Source of the DNA: Bilabrum cf. latius
Taxonomy: Eukaryota
Direction: 5' to 3'
DNA: 64,000 bases
Assembly: GCA_965178125.1 (NCBI GenBank)
Contig: OZ237773.1
Span: forward strand, 124,001-188,000
The position numbers were made by a program, and so were the translations under genes. A model generated the notes under the pieces. The model did no database searches and was not told where the DNA came from. It was given only the letters and a program-made list of their open reading frames with translations. Of the stretch, positions 12,780 through 23,803 are shown piece by piece; the first letter of the stretch is position 1, and the number at the start of each line of letters is the position of its first letter.

Positions 12780-15700
12780 ATGGCAGCAGCTCCATAGCAT
12801 GAAAATCCTATGCACGATACCAAAAATGGACGAAGAGGGAGGAAGAGGCGAGATGTTACTCTTGAAACGAAAGAAGCCGAGCCTCAACCTCAGAGTACTG
12901 CTGCGACTTCTGGCAAGACTCTAATTGGGCTTGGCGTTACATTTGGGGTGCTTGTCGTTGGTGGTGCTGTTGCATTGGCCCTCGTTAGTACCGGTGGGGG
13001 GATGAAGGGGGATCGTCCGACTCTGGCTTGCTTGATGCTCACGCTGCTGCTGCGTGCAGGCCCGACCTAGCTGCAATCGTTGTTTCATCGGCAGGGTACA
13101 TTTAGCTCACCCTTGCCGTGTCGAATGTAAGAGAAATCAAGAAAGTCATATTTCTCGATAGAGAATGGATGTATCACTTTCGGCTACCGCATAATCGTGC
13201 TATGCTTCACTTGCTCTCGCAGTTCGACTCAGGGTGCAAAGCTGCTGCTGCAATCTCCGAAGCCGCGACACAAGCAGTAGGCAAGACCATCGCTATAATG
13301 CAAGGTATGAACATCACGAGTAGTGTCGATTACGGCAGCAACCTCGCAGCGACCATGCAAGACCCTCAGCAGGACTCCGAGCCGCTCAGCCCCGCCGCAA
13401 ACTCCTCTTCCAACGTGACCGTGTTCATCGCGCCGGCAGCTGCAAGCTCTGAGGACGACAACACGCCCACTCTTGACGAGATTGAATCCGCGTCCTGGGC
13501 GCTGATCAACGCCGGGAGCGGTAGCGGTACCGTGCTGTCCGAGATGCGAGCAGGCCTGCAGCAGACTGCAGGCATCAGCATGGACTACGTCGAGGACGGC
13601 AGGGGAAGAGCGCGGGGAAAAGCGCAGCGGTGGCCATTGCCGAGCCCCAGCCCCAGCCCGACTTCGAGCCCGAGCCCCACGGCCAGTAGCAGCACGCTGC
13701 CGCCGGGAGTGAGCAGAGCCCCGGCCTCGCCCGCCTCCTCGCCAACTGCTTCAAGTTCATCGGAGGCATCGTCGCCGACACCATCCTCAACACCCTCAGC
13801 AACTCCTTCATCATCATCAGCACCCACCCCATCCACGACCAGCGCGCCAACCCAGGGCCCCATGAGGGTCCCCATCGACTCCATGCAGGTGACCACCTAC
13901 GACCTCGTGCACACGGCTTGCTCGGGAGCCATGATTCGGGCCGTGCAAGCACTGCCAACGACAGCGGCCTTTCTCATGGTGGGTATCGTTGGTAGAAACC
14001 CGCCGCCTGCCAACGAGCACGCGTTTTGCGACCCGCCCGCCAACGACACCGCCCTCTACCTCCGGAGCCTCCTGCCGCTCGCCGTCGAGGCAGGCGACCT
14101 CTTCGCCGGCCGCAACCCGACGGATTCCGGATCCATGGCAAGGGACCTTTTCGGGTTCGGGGCAAACGGAACAGGCGCCGCGGGAACTGCATCGTTCCTT
14201 GGGGTGGACCGCGGCGCGAGGGCGTACCCAGGTGCCGCCGCCAACGAGTCATCCGTGTCGACGCTGTGGGCCTTCGCGACCGAGGCCGATGCAAGGAGGG
14301 CAGCGGCCGCAATTGCAAGAGCCACGGCTCCCGGTGCTGACACTGGACGCATTGGTGCCATCCATGACCAGCTGCTCAACGGATCTACTTTGCTGGAACC
14401 GGCTTTGGACCACTCGGGAGCCGCGCGCCTCCAGCTCACCGTGATGACCAGGCCTGACCCAGCCATCGACCAGCCCGTTGCGCCGGCGGAGGCGCAGAGC
14501 GTGGAGGGGGTAATGCGCACGTCCGAGGGGCTTCTGCTGGGCAGCACGAGGTCGATCGTGCCGGTGACCAATCAAGGGGGGTTCATTCACGTCAGGGCCA
14601 CCAAGTTTGGCGATGGTGCCGTGGAGCAGTCGATGGGGGTACCCGACTTGAACGTGGACAGCGACCTGTCACTGCACGAGGGGGTGATTCCAGCCGGCAT
14701 GAGTGACCTTCATGCCGCTGATTTGTTCTTCGGGGAGTCCAAGGAGCACTTCCTCATGGAGGGCAGGACGCAGGGCGGCGAGCCCAATGGGCTGTTCCGA
14801 GCATCCGCGGCCGGTGGCGACGCCCCGGTGCGGGTGCACACGCTTCCCAACGGCACGGTGACGAGTCGGATCGTGTGGCAGGGGCGCGCCTTCATCGGTG
14901 TCCAGAGCGCCGAGGGACAGAGTGCTGGGATCCTGAGCATCGGGGGCACGGAGACCAGCATGACGCTCGTCGCCAACCTGACGGACGTTGGCGCGCCCAC
15001 GCACATGCAGCTCGTGCCCCACGCAAACCCAGGCAGGCGATTGTCGCAGCGGAGGCAGGAGGACCTCGACATGGTGTTCATCGCCGAAGAAGAGGTGTAC
15101 ATTATGAACAGCACGGCAGGCCCGCCCGTCCGCTTGCAGGACTACCACCGGCTTTCATACCCAGAGCCGGCAGATCAGTCGACGTTCGAATCTGTCTGGG
15201 CGAAACTCCATCGTGGCGGGATTCAGATGCTGTGCTGATCACCGGTGCGACCAAAGTCTGGCGGTACGATGGCGTCACTGGCGAGCTCAGCCAATTCACC
15301 GCTCTCGAATCCGCGCTGGGAGGCAGCAGTTTCTCCAATTCTGCTCCGAGGGGCGAAGGGCTCATTCTGGATGACGGAAGGGCGGTAGTGGTGACGACCC
15401 GACACGGGGGGTGGGGACAGTAGTCTCTCATTTTGCTGGACGATGCTCCGAGTCGTGACATGGGCAAGGAGTTGGTCAAGAACGCGTACATCGAGGCCGG
15501 GCCCATCGCGGTGCGTGCGGGATTCGACCCTACCGCCAACTAGTTTATCCCAGAGGTGACGGACGAGTTCTGCGTGGTGGTACGGTCGGGTTGGGGAGCA
15601 ACTACGCCGCTCACCGTCAAGTGTGCTCGGCGGCAGCCAACAAAGGACCAGTCGAGCGAGACGGTCCTAAGCGAAGACAGGCAGGTCCCCGACGAGCCCG

Positions 15701-17853
15701 GCGTCGTGGTGGCGCATGGATTCGCTGGCCGACTCGCCTACATTACCGAGCCAGCGAGCGAGACGCTTCGGGAGGACGATTTCTACCCGGTCAGGCGCCT
15801 GCACGTGTACTCTGGCACGCCTGGGCAGCCTATGGGCGACGGAAGCCCTGCTCATGATGATCTCCCGGCCCCGGTTGTGCGCCCCGCGGCGTATGTGCAG
15901 GTCGAGCTGTGTGACGAAGACCACATCGATGCCATCAGCGCGCTGACCCCGGAGGTGCAGCTCCTTCGAATGGATATCAAGATCACCATGCCAGCGTCTT
16001 TCGTGAGCTACTCATGCCACAACGCCGAGCAGCTCGCTCGCGATGTGAGCACCAAGATGTTTGGGAACTCCTACGACGTCCGAGTCTTCCCCCCTTCATA
16101 GACCGACTGGAATTCTTAGACTGCAACGGGCGCCGAAGGTATCGTCCCTCTATACTTCTTCCCTACGGTCGGCGGTGATGAAGCCCTTCGCAACGTGCAC
16201 GAAGCCCTGTAGCAGTACACCAGGACGCGGGAGGGTTCCGACTTCCTGGCCGAGAAAGTGGATGAGAACTTCAACAGGGTACAAGGCAAGGTGTTTTACG
16301 TGCAGAACATCACAAATCCCGCGAATGCATCGCAGCGCATCACAGACGTGCGCTTTCAGCACATCGTGGCCTCTGCAAACACCACCGTGGTCATGCCACT
16401 CTCGGAGGCTAAAGACCTTCAGGGTCGCGGCATCATCAGCGACAACAAAGGACGTCTTATCCGCGACGGCCGTGCGAACGGCCTGCCGCGATTCATACTC
16501 AGCGACGGGTTTCCACTCTCAGGCATGAGGCCCAAGTACACTGGGGACCCCTACCCATCGCAGTCTTCGTTCGGATCCGACCCATACGAGTACGCTGCCT
16601 GGACCATGGACTTCTCGGACCCGGCAAACGTAGTGCCGCGTATTGCAGTGGAAGACCGGTTGCAGGGCACCCAGCACGACCCCGAGAAACAGATCCTCAA
16701 GGGTTAGGAATCTGGTTCGGCGACTGCCACCAGCACCGGCGCGGTATACTTCCGGAATTACACTCTGTAGGGCGATAGTCGGATCATGGCCCAGCACCTG
16801 GAACGCTACGACCCATCGTCGGGCGCAGTGGAGCGCATGTTTACAGCCGTTGAGCACGAGTCGCTGCAGCGTGTGATCGCCTGGAAGGGCGGCGTGGTGA
16901 TGACTTCATCCAAGCTATACGGGGGTGGCAACTTCTTCAAGTTCCGGTTCTTTGCAGGCAACTCGGGCGAGTCGCCAGTGCTACTAAAAGAGGTGTCGCT
17001 GCAGAACTCGCTTGGCTCAACCTTTATTGGCCTGTGCGCAGGAACTGGCGTCGCGGCAGGCACGGCAAACAGCATGAACAGCGACATGTACTATTTGGTG
17101 AACAACGTGGTGTATCGCATCACAGATCCCACGGGTGCTCAACAGGCTGCCAATGCCGATGACACGGCCGTGTACGTGAACAGCCCTGGGGGTCCCGCTC
17201 ACGACGGCAACGCCCAGAACCGTATCTTTCAGCGCTACCGCCAACAGTCCTACGGCGCGTATGTGATTGGGGATCACCTGCTGTTCATGTCCGCTGCCGA
17301 GGAGGCGTGGGCCTACTCCTGCAGCAACCAGGAAGCATGGCCCCTGACTAATTTCACCGCGTCCACCACCCTCCTCGACCTGCAGCCAGACCCGTCCTCG
17401 CCGGGGAGGCCGCTGACCTTCTTGGCGCAACACAGCGGGCAGAGCTACAACTACCAGTACATCGTCCGATTCAGCGAAGACGACATCCAGACGGACACGC
17501 GGCCCGAAGTGCTGTACCCCACGACCGCACGCTACTTCGACCGCGGGACCTCTTTCCTGGGCCACACGGTGGGCGTGCTTGCACTCGGCGGGGCTCCTGG
17601 CCCTCATCCCCTCTCGATCTGCTGGGCCACTGGGGCAAACAACCGGGGTACACTCATGTGCGGCCAGCTGCCGCGTTTCAACAGCACGCAGGTGGTGGAG
17701 ATACCGGTCGGCAACCAGTGGTATACGGCCAGTGCAAGCATCGTGAATGCAACGGAGGGCAGGCTCATGATTCAAATGGAGAACCCGAGCAGCGGCGCCG
17801 TGGTGTAGAAGCGCGCCTTCGTCGTGGACGTGTTTGACTATTTGGGGGATTGA
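12780..17853 (+). CDS. Large type-II membrane-anchored surface glycoprotein with a Ser/Pro/Thr stalk and beta-rich (propeller-like) ectodomain
   Basis: ATG 12780, MAAAP*HENPMHD..., hydrophobic anchor LIGLGVTFGVLVVGGAVALALV, short introns at ~12.99-13.22 kb, PSPSPSPT stalk and many NxS/T sites. One frameshift at ~15197; the second frame then runs through 7 TAGs to TGA 17851-17853. Confidence 0.75.
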
Positions 17854-19275
17854 GCCGGCATACCGTTTGTCCGCTTGTTTGCTTGAATTCGAATGCTACT
17901 TGCTTGCTTGTTGTTGCTTCCGCTACAGCAGTGCGCGGCGCCGCCGAAGCTGGTTCCGCTCGCCGGAACGAGCATTCATCTAGTCTAGTCAGTACTTCTT
18001 CTTCGTCCATCGGATCTTCAAGACTTAAAGTCCACAAAAATGACGGTGGGGGCAGTAGCTTCGATAGGTTTTGCAGCAGCTTCCGTCGTAGCTCTGAATG
18101 TGACGCCGGGACAGCTCCATATCAACTATGGCGACCAGGGTGCCGCTACTTCAATGCACTTCACGTGGAGCACTACCAACGCCACATGCTCCCAAGTGCG
18201 TTACGCTGTGGCGGGTACGCAGCAATGGCTGATCGCAAACGGTTCTGCCACCGCGTTTGATGCCCCGAGTCAGAGTATTCACGTAGTGAGGGAGAGTCCG
18301 ACGTTGCATGTCTTGTTTAAGCGGCTCACAGCAACTACTCCTTCGGCGCCAAGGACACGGATGACTGCCACAACGGGGAGCATACCCTCATCCGCAGCGG
18401 CACCTACGGACTCGAGCCCCTGGCCATGAAGTACGGCGTGGACTGGGCATTTGCCGCGCACGAGCACTCGTACAGCCGCACGTATCCCGTGTGGAACGAG
18501 ACCTTCGAGGGCGGACCCTCGGCCTACACCAACCCCCGGCTGCCCGTGCACGTCATCACGGGAGCCGCCGGGTGCCCCGAGATGGAGGAGCCATGGACAC
18601 CCAACCCCCCGGGGTGGTCTGCCTTCGAGGCGAACGGGTACGGCTTCGGGGTGCTGGAGGTGCTGAACGGGTCCCATGCGGACTGGAGCTTCGTGCAGAC
18701 TCCCTCGGGGGATATCATCGACAAGGTGCACTTTGTGCAGGAGAGCCACGGACCCTTCCCCATACCGTCGTCGGGCTGAACGCATCGAGCTTCTGTGACA
18801 TCCGTGGGGCGCCCAGCGGTTCGTACGTTTCCCACTTACCCACCCCTCCAGCTGTGGCTACCCATCAAAGAACAGGTACACGTGCACGTGCACCCACCCC
18901 CCTTGGCAGCCGACTCTGTCCCGTAAAAGGGAAAGGCGAGCGCCTCCACGTCCTGCAGGGGGCCTGGGCGCTCTCGCGTAAAGTGCTCTATCCATCCCAG
19001 CAGGCAATCGAGGCACTGCCGCAGTAGTTCAGGCAGCCATGCGCAAGACCTTGGTCAGGCTGTCCAGTGTGGTGTAGAAGCGCGCCTTCGTCGTGGACGT
19101 GTTTGACTATTTGACTATTTGGGGGATTGAGCCGGCATACCGTTTGTCCACTTGTTTGCTTGAATTCGAATGCTACTTGCTTGCTTGTTGTTGTTGTTTT
19201 CGCTACAGCAGTGTGCGGCGCCACCGAAGCTACCAGTGGTTCCGCATATCGGACACCAGCGTTCATCACCTAGCT
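17800..19275 (+). repeat. Imperfect direct repeat of ~185-205 bp (17800-~17985 and 19069-~19275)
   Basis: gtggtgtagaagcgcgccttcgtcgtggacgtgtttgactattt...gaagct occurs twice, with small indels. Confidence 0.9.
18040..18779 (+). pseudogene. Purple acid phosphatase (ACP7-like) with most of the catalytic core deleted
   Basis: Signal peptide and N-terminal domain (PGQLHINYG...SMHFTWST...SQVRY) joined out of phase to the C-terminal part (DDCH...GLEPLAMKYGVDWAFAAHEHSYSRTYPV...PVHVITGAAGC). DxG, GDxxY, GNHE and HRP motifs are absent. Confidence 0.8.
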
Positions 19276-19382
19276 TTACAAGGGGGGCCACAACCGGTGA
19301 ATCTGCTGTTGGTCTACGAAGCACCGCACACATTATTAGTTGGATCTACCCGCTACGCGAATCACGTTGCCTTTCCTAGTCC

Positions 19383-21965
19383 ATGTATTCGAACGTAGTT
19401 GCACTAGCAGCGCTGCTCGTCATTCATTGCGTTCGTGGATACCCTGTGAGCTTCAATGCTGCAGATGATAATACCGGTATCCATGTGAACATAATGCGAA
19501 ACGCGAGACCCTGGGGGACAACAGACACGCCGTGGGAGGGAGCTGTGACAGTGGATCGCAACACGGGATTTCCAAGTGAAGACGCTGGAGTGACGATTGA
19601 CGTCCTTGTCTACAATACAAGCCAGAGCTACTTGGCTGCAAATCCAGCAATAGAAACAATGCGCCCCGACGTGGCGTCCCGAGCAAAGGCGGACTACGGC
19701 TACATGTTTCGAGCCATTTGCTCGCCGAAGTAGGACGCACCAGTGGTTGAGGTTGAGCCTCACAACCAAGGGGAGGCATACAACACAACTTGGGATCCAA
19801 CCACTGGATTGCTCACCGCTCGCCTGGTTCCCTCATCTGACCGCGAATCCTTCATGTTCCGGTTCCTGAACAGCACCGGGGGCTGCGAGAACGTCACGCT
19901 TACGATGCCGGGATTCGATCCAGTCAAGGACGCTGCGGCATTCAACCCGCAGTACCTCAGCAACATCGAGATGTTCACGAAATCTGCCGGCGCGAAGTCG
20001 GGCGACGTGTGGTTCCGCACGATGGGTTTGCGCGGAACCAACGACAACCCCGAGTCTGAGTGAGGAGCTGCAATGCAGTGCATTTATCTCGCAGATGCCC
20101 GAGCCATTGCCAAGCACATTTCACTGTTGCACTTTATCGTCTCGACCGTCCTATGCAGCTGGGCTGACAGGCCCCTGCCCTCGTGGCCAAGCTACCGGTG
20201 GGGCGTGCCAGTCGCACCCAAGGGGCCCCCGGGCTCTGACTGCTCCAACGCAAGCTACAAAGGTGATTGCTGGACGTCAAAGCCGGACCAGAACCATCCC
20301 CTGTTCGGCGGAAAGAGCGTGGTCGCTCACGGGTGGCCTTGGGAAGCTGTCGTCGACCTCGCCAATGAGGCAGGTCTCAGCGTGTGGATCAATGTGCCTG
20401 CCATGGCCACTGACGACTACATCGAGAATCTCGTGCGGCTAGTGGACGACAGGCTGCACCCCGATCTGAACGTGATGGTGGAGTACTCCAACGAAGTGTG
20501 GAATGTGAGTTCAGCACCGATCGCGTATCAGCGGGGACCCTTTCAATCGTAGTTGCTATCACTCCTGGATGCTTGTGATTGTCGCACTGAAAGAAGCCCT
20601 GCGAGTCCCATTCAACCACTTACCAAAATCCCACACAGCATAGCTGCCATACTCCCACACCACTTTCTGCCGCCTATCGGGACCCCTTCAACTCCTGCCC
20701 CGCGCAGTACATGTTCACTCAGGCCCACTACCAGCTGTACATGGCAAACACGTCCGTGACCCAGCACGGCGACCCGGAGGGGCTGAACTACACGCAACCC
20801 GACGGGTCCGTCTCCGGCGGTGTGTACCAGTGGCAGGAGCGTCGCACGGCGTACATGATTACCCACGTGGCTGAAGTCATCGAGTAGACGCGCGGTCCCA
20901 ACGCGCCTAGACCCGGCCCCAGTGGCAGGTGGAGGCCCGTCCTTGCGGGCCAGGTCATGGGCACACCTCAGCTGGAGGGGCTCAGGTACCTCTGGAACTC
21001 GCGAGGAATTGCTCCCGACAGTAAGCTGCATGCCACGGCCAACGCGCCCTATTTCGCCATTTGGCCGGCGAAATCTGCCAGCCGCACTAGCAAGAACTGC
21101 TGGTCCAATCTGACGGAAGCCGACGTACTCACGGGTCTTTCGACCGCCGTGGAGAAGAGGTTTGACCCGGCCTTGCCTCCCCGGGGAGACCACAAGCAGT
21201 TCATCACCTACGCCAGGCTGTTCAACCTGTCCGTGTTCTCATACGAGGGCGGCCCTGACACGTCCTGCTTCTTCAACCACAACTCCAGTACAGAGGCGAA
21301 GGACGCAGCCAACCCTGAGCCCCAAGATGCAGCCCATCATCCAGCAGTACCTGCAGCACCTGCGTGCCATGGGAGAGTACACGCTCTCGTACTTCACCTG
21401 CTGCACGGGGGCGTGGAGCATGTTCGGGCAGTGGACGCTGGCACCGAACCAGACCACGTACGCCGACGCACCCAAGCGACTCGCAATCCAGGGGGAGCTC
21501 GCTGCCAGCGAACCTTCGCAAGGGTTCGGTGCGGTGGTCCCGGGCACAGTGGATCCCACGCTGGGTGCAGTCTCGACGGACGACGTTGACGCGCCGACCA
21601 GCGGTCCGTGGACGCGACCTGCAGTCGGACAGTCCCGCTACTACCCCATCCGGCCCAGCGGCGCTCGAGCCAGCGAATCGGGTCTTCAGGATGTGGAAAG
21701 AAGCCTACAGCTCCGCTTCAACGTCACTACGGAGATCGGGGCTGGCGCGATCAACGCCACCACGTCGGGCGATCCGAACTCCATGCAGACCGTGCGGGTG
21801 CCGCTCGGTGCGAAAGGCGAATGGACTCTGTCGGACCCCATCAACATCGACGTGAACCCGCCGTTTACCACCCTGCAGGTGACGATTGCGTCGCAGATAC
21901 CGGGGCCTGGAGTGCTGGGTCAGAGCGGCAACGTGACGATCGGCAGCCTCGTCTTTGAGAAGTAA
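19383..21965 (+). CDS. Secreted clan GH-A-like glycoside hydrolase (bacterial 'cellulose-binding protein' type)
   Basis: Signal peptide; motifs WADRPLP, VDLANE, WINVP..ATDDY, VEYSNEVWN (acid/base-like) and SYEGGPD (nucleophile-like). GT-AG introns ~20060-20158 and ~20505-20707. TAGs at 19731 and ~20885 read through. One extra C at ~21312. Ends TAA 21963-21965. Confidence 0.75.
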
Positions 21966-22262
21966 AGTTGGCCAACTGATCCGATTGTGTGAGCGCAGCG
22001 GAACGGTGCCACACTGCCACTCGTCACGACGCCTGCACATTTAAGCTTCGCCACGCTAGATATTTAGATCCTGCTTCTTTGCGTATGCAATGACGATGCA
22101 AGTGGATTTCACGCGCACATCAATTTGATCATCATTGGATCGTCAATCAATATATCTAAGTAGCTTCAGCTTTAGTAGCTTGGTGCAGTGAGGGTGGATC
22201 GACATGCCCCAAACCCATGGGCCATGAGACCCCATGCCCGCACATACTTCTCAGCGAAGTTC

Positions 22263-23609
22263 TCACTCCGTGGCCAGAGGCTGCAGGCTCGTAAAGACCC
22301 AGTCGGTGCCTTGCCTGCCCTGCCGGTCATCATGACTCACGTTTCGATCCGATCCGATCCGATCCGAACCGGTGCCAGTGCCGGTGCTGCTGCTGGCGGG
22401 CTACACGCCGTTGACGAGGTGCGTGGGCGTGCCCGTGCTCCGATCGATTATGACGTAGTGCCTCTCCCTCCGACTAAGCTCCACCACGCCGCCGCCCTGC
22501 AGCGCGATCTCTTTCTGAAATGCGGGGTATGGGTTGACGTTGTGTCCCGAGCCGGGCGTGGCATACCACGACAATCCGTCTTCTGACCAGGCCATGGACA
22601 TGATCTTATCGCTGCAGCACGTGTGGAATATCATGTGGAACGTGCCGTTCTGCTCCCAGACAAACGGATCTTCGCCCATGATTCCCGTGCTCCTCACGAA
22701 TTCGAAGGATGCATTCCATTGCGGTGCACGGGCAATCTCCATGGTGCGCACGCCGTCCACCATGCCCTTGTAGATCATCAGCGTGGTTCCGTTGGGGAAG
22801 ATCAGGGGCGCAGGGTTGTTGAAAGCCCAGGAGCTGTGGGAGCCTTGCAGCGCGGTCCATGGGCCGGCTGGGTGAGGGGCGCTGGCGACGACGGCAGGTC
22901 CCATGTCGTCTCCCGGTGATAATGAACGCTTCCTTGCCCGGAGGTGCGTCGGCTCATGGGCGTTGTACGCAGCTGGATGGCTGCCAGTGCCGCAGTCGGT
23001 GCTGCCCGTGGATCCGTCGGAGCAGTGGCACACAGGTGGACGATCGGGGCCGTTTGCATGTCCGATGTGAAACATGAGAAACGCATCCGCATCTCCGCTT
23101 TTAGCAGCAGGGTTGACCCTTGCTTGCGTGTTGTGGCTGAACAGTGGCTGGACGAGCGTGCCAGTCGCATTTTCTTGCCCTCCGTTCGGCCCGTAGGGTC
23201 CCGCAGCACCCCCCTTTGATGGCATCTGCCGGGACTCTGAATTGTGCTCCCACGAATTCAGACCGCACTTGTTGGCCATGTTACTGAAGATGATGTGAAA
23301 CGAGCCATCGAAGTCTTCAACAACGGATCCACCCCACGAGGACCAGTTCTGACGTTGCAGGAGAGCATATCCGGCACCTCCAGCGCTGTTTAGTTTCGGG
23401 GCCGGAATTAAGTTTAGAGCTGTGCAATTGGGCCCTGCAAAAGTAGGCCAGCACTCGCAAACATGGTCAATACAGTCTCCCCCAAAGCCACAATCGAGTG
23501 CGCTACCGCAACGGGCTCCACCGCGTGGTCCGGGCCAGTTCTGCGCCTGGGATGCAAAGAGCCCAACAATCATACACATGACTATGTTGCAGAATAGTGT
23601 TGTCTGCAT
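22263..23609 (-). CDS. Secreted EGF-like plus five-bladed beta-propeller (GH43/GH32 superfamily-like) protein, 448 aa
   Basis: Signal peptide MQTTLFCNIV..., EGF-like Cys cluster, SSWGGSV, CGLNSW, NNPAP, EDPFVW, SEDGLSW, RRERH, PTHLVNGV. Reading through TAG 22401 restores the family's typical C-terminus DWVFTSLQPL before TGA 22263. Confidence 0.8.
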
Positions 23610-23803
23610 TGAATCGGTGCAAGATTGTAAGCAGGCTTGATCGAGCTGCCCGTCATCACACTCGATCAAGTGCAACTCACCGGCCGGGGGACGCTAATCA
23701 AATGCAAAATTTCATTGTTTCGGCAATCAAAGCTGGGAAGTCATTCGAACTCAACATTGGTCAAACGCTACACCAAAGACGAGAGGGCAGCACCAGGCCT
23801 GCC

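Noticed and set aside
15190-21320. Frameshifts at ~15197 and ~21312 as programmed frameshifting
   Set aside because: Both are single-base indels in short G or C runs with no slippery heptamer. Sequencing error or recent mutation is more likely; check reads.
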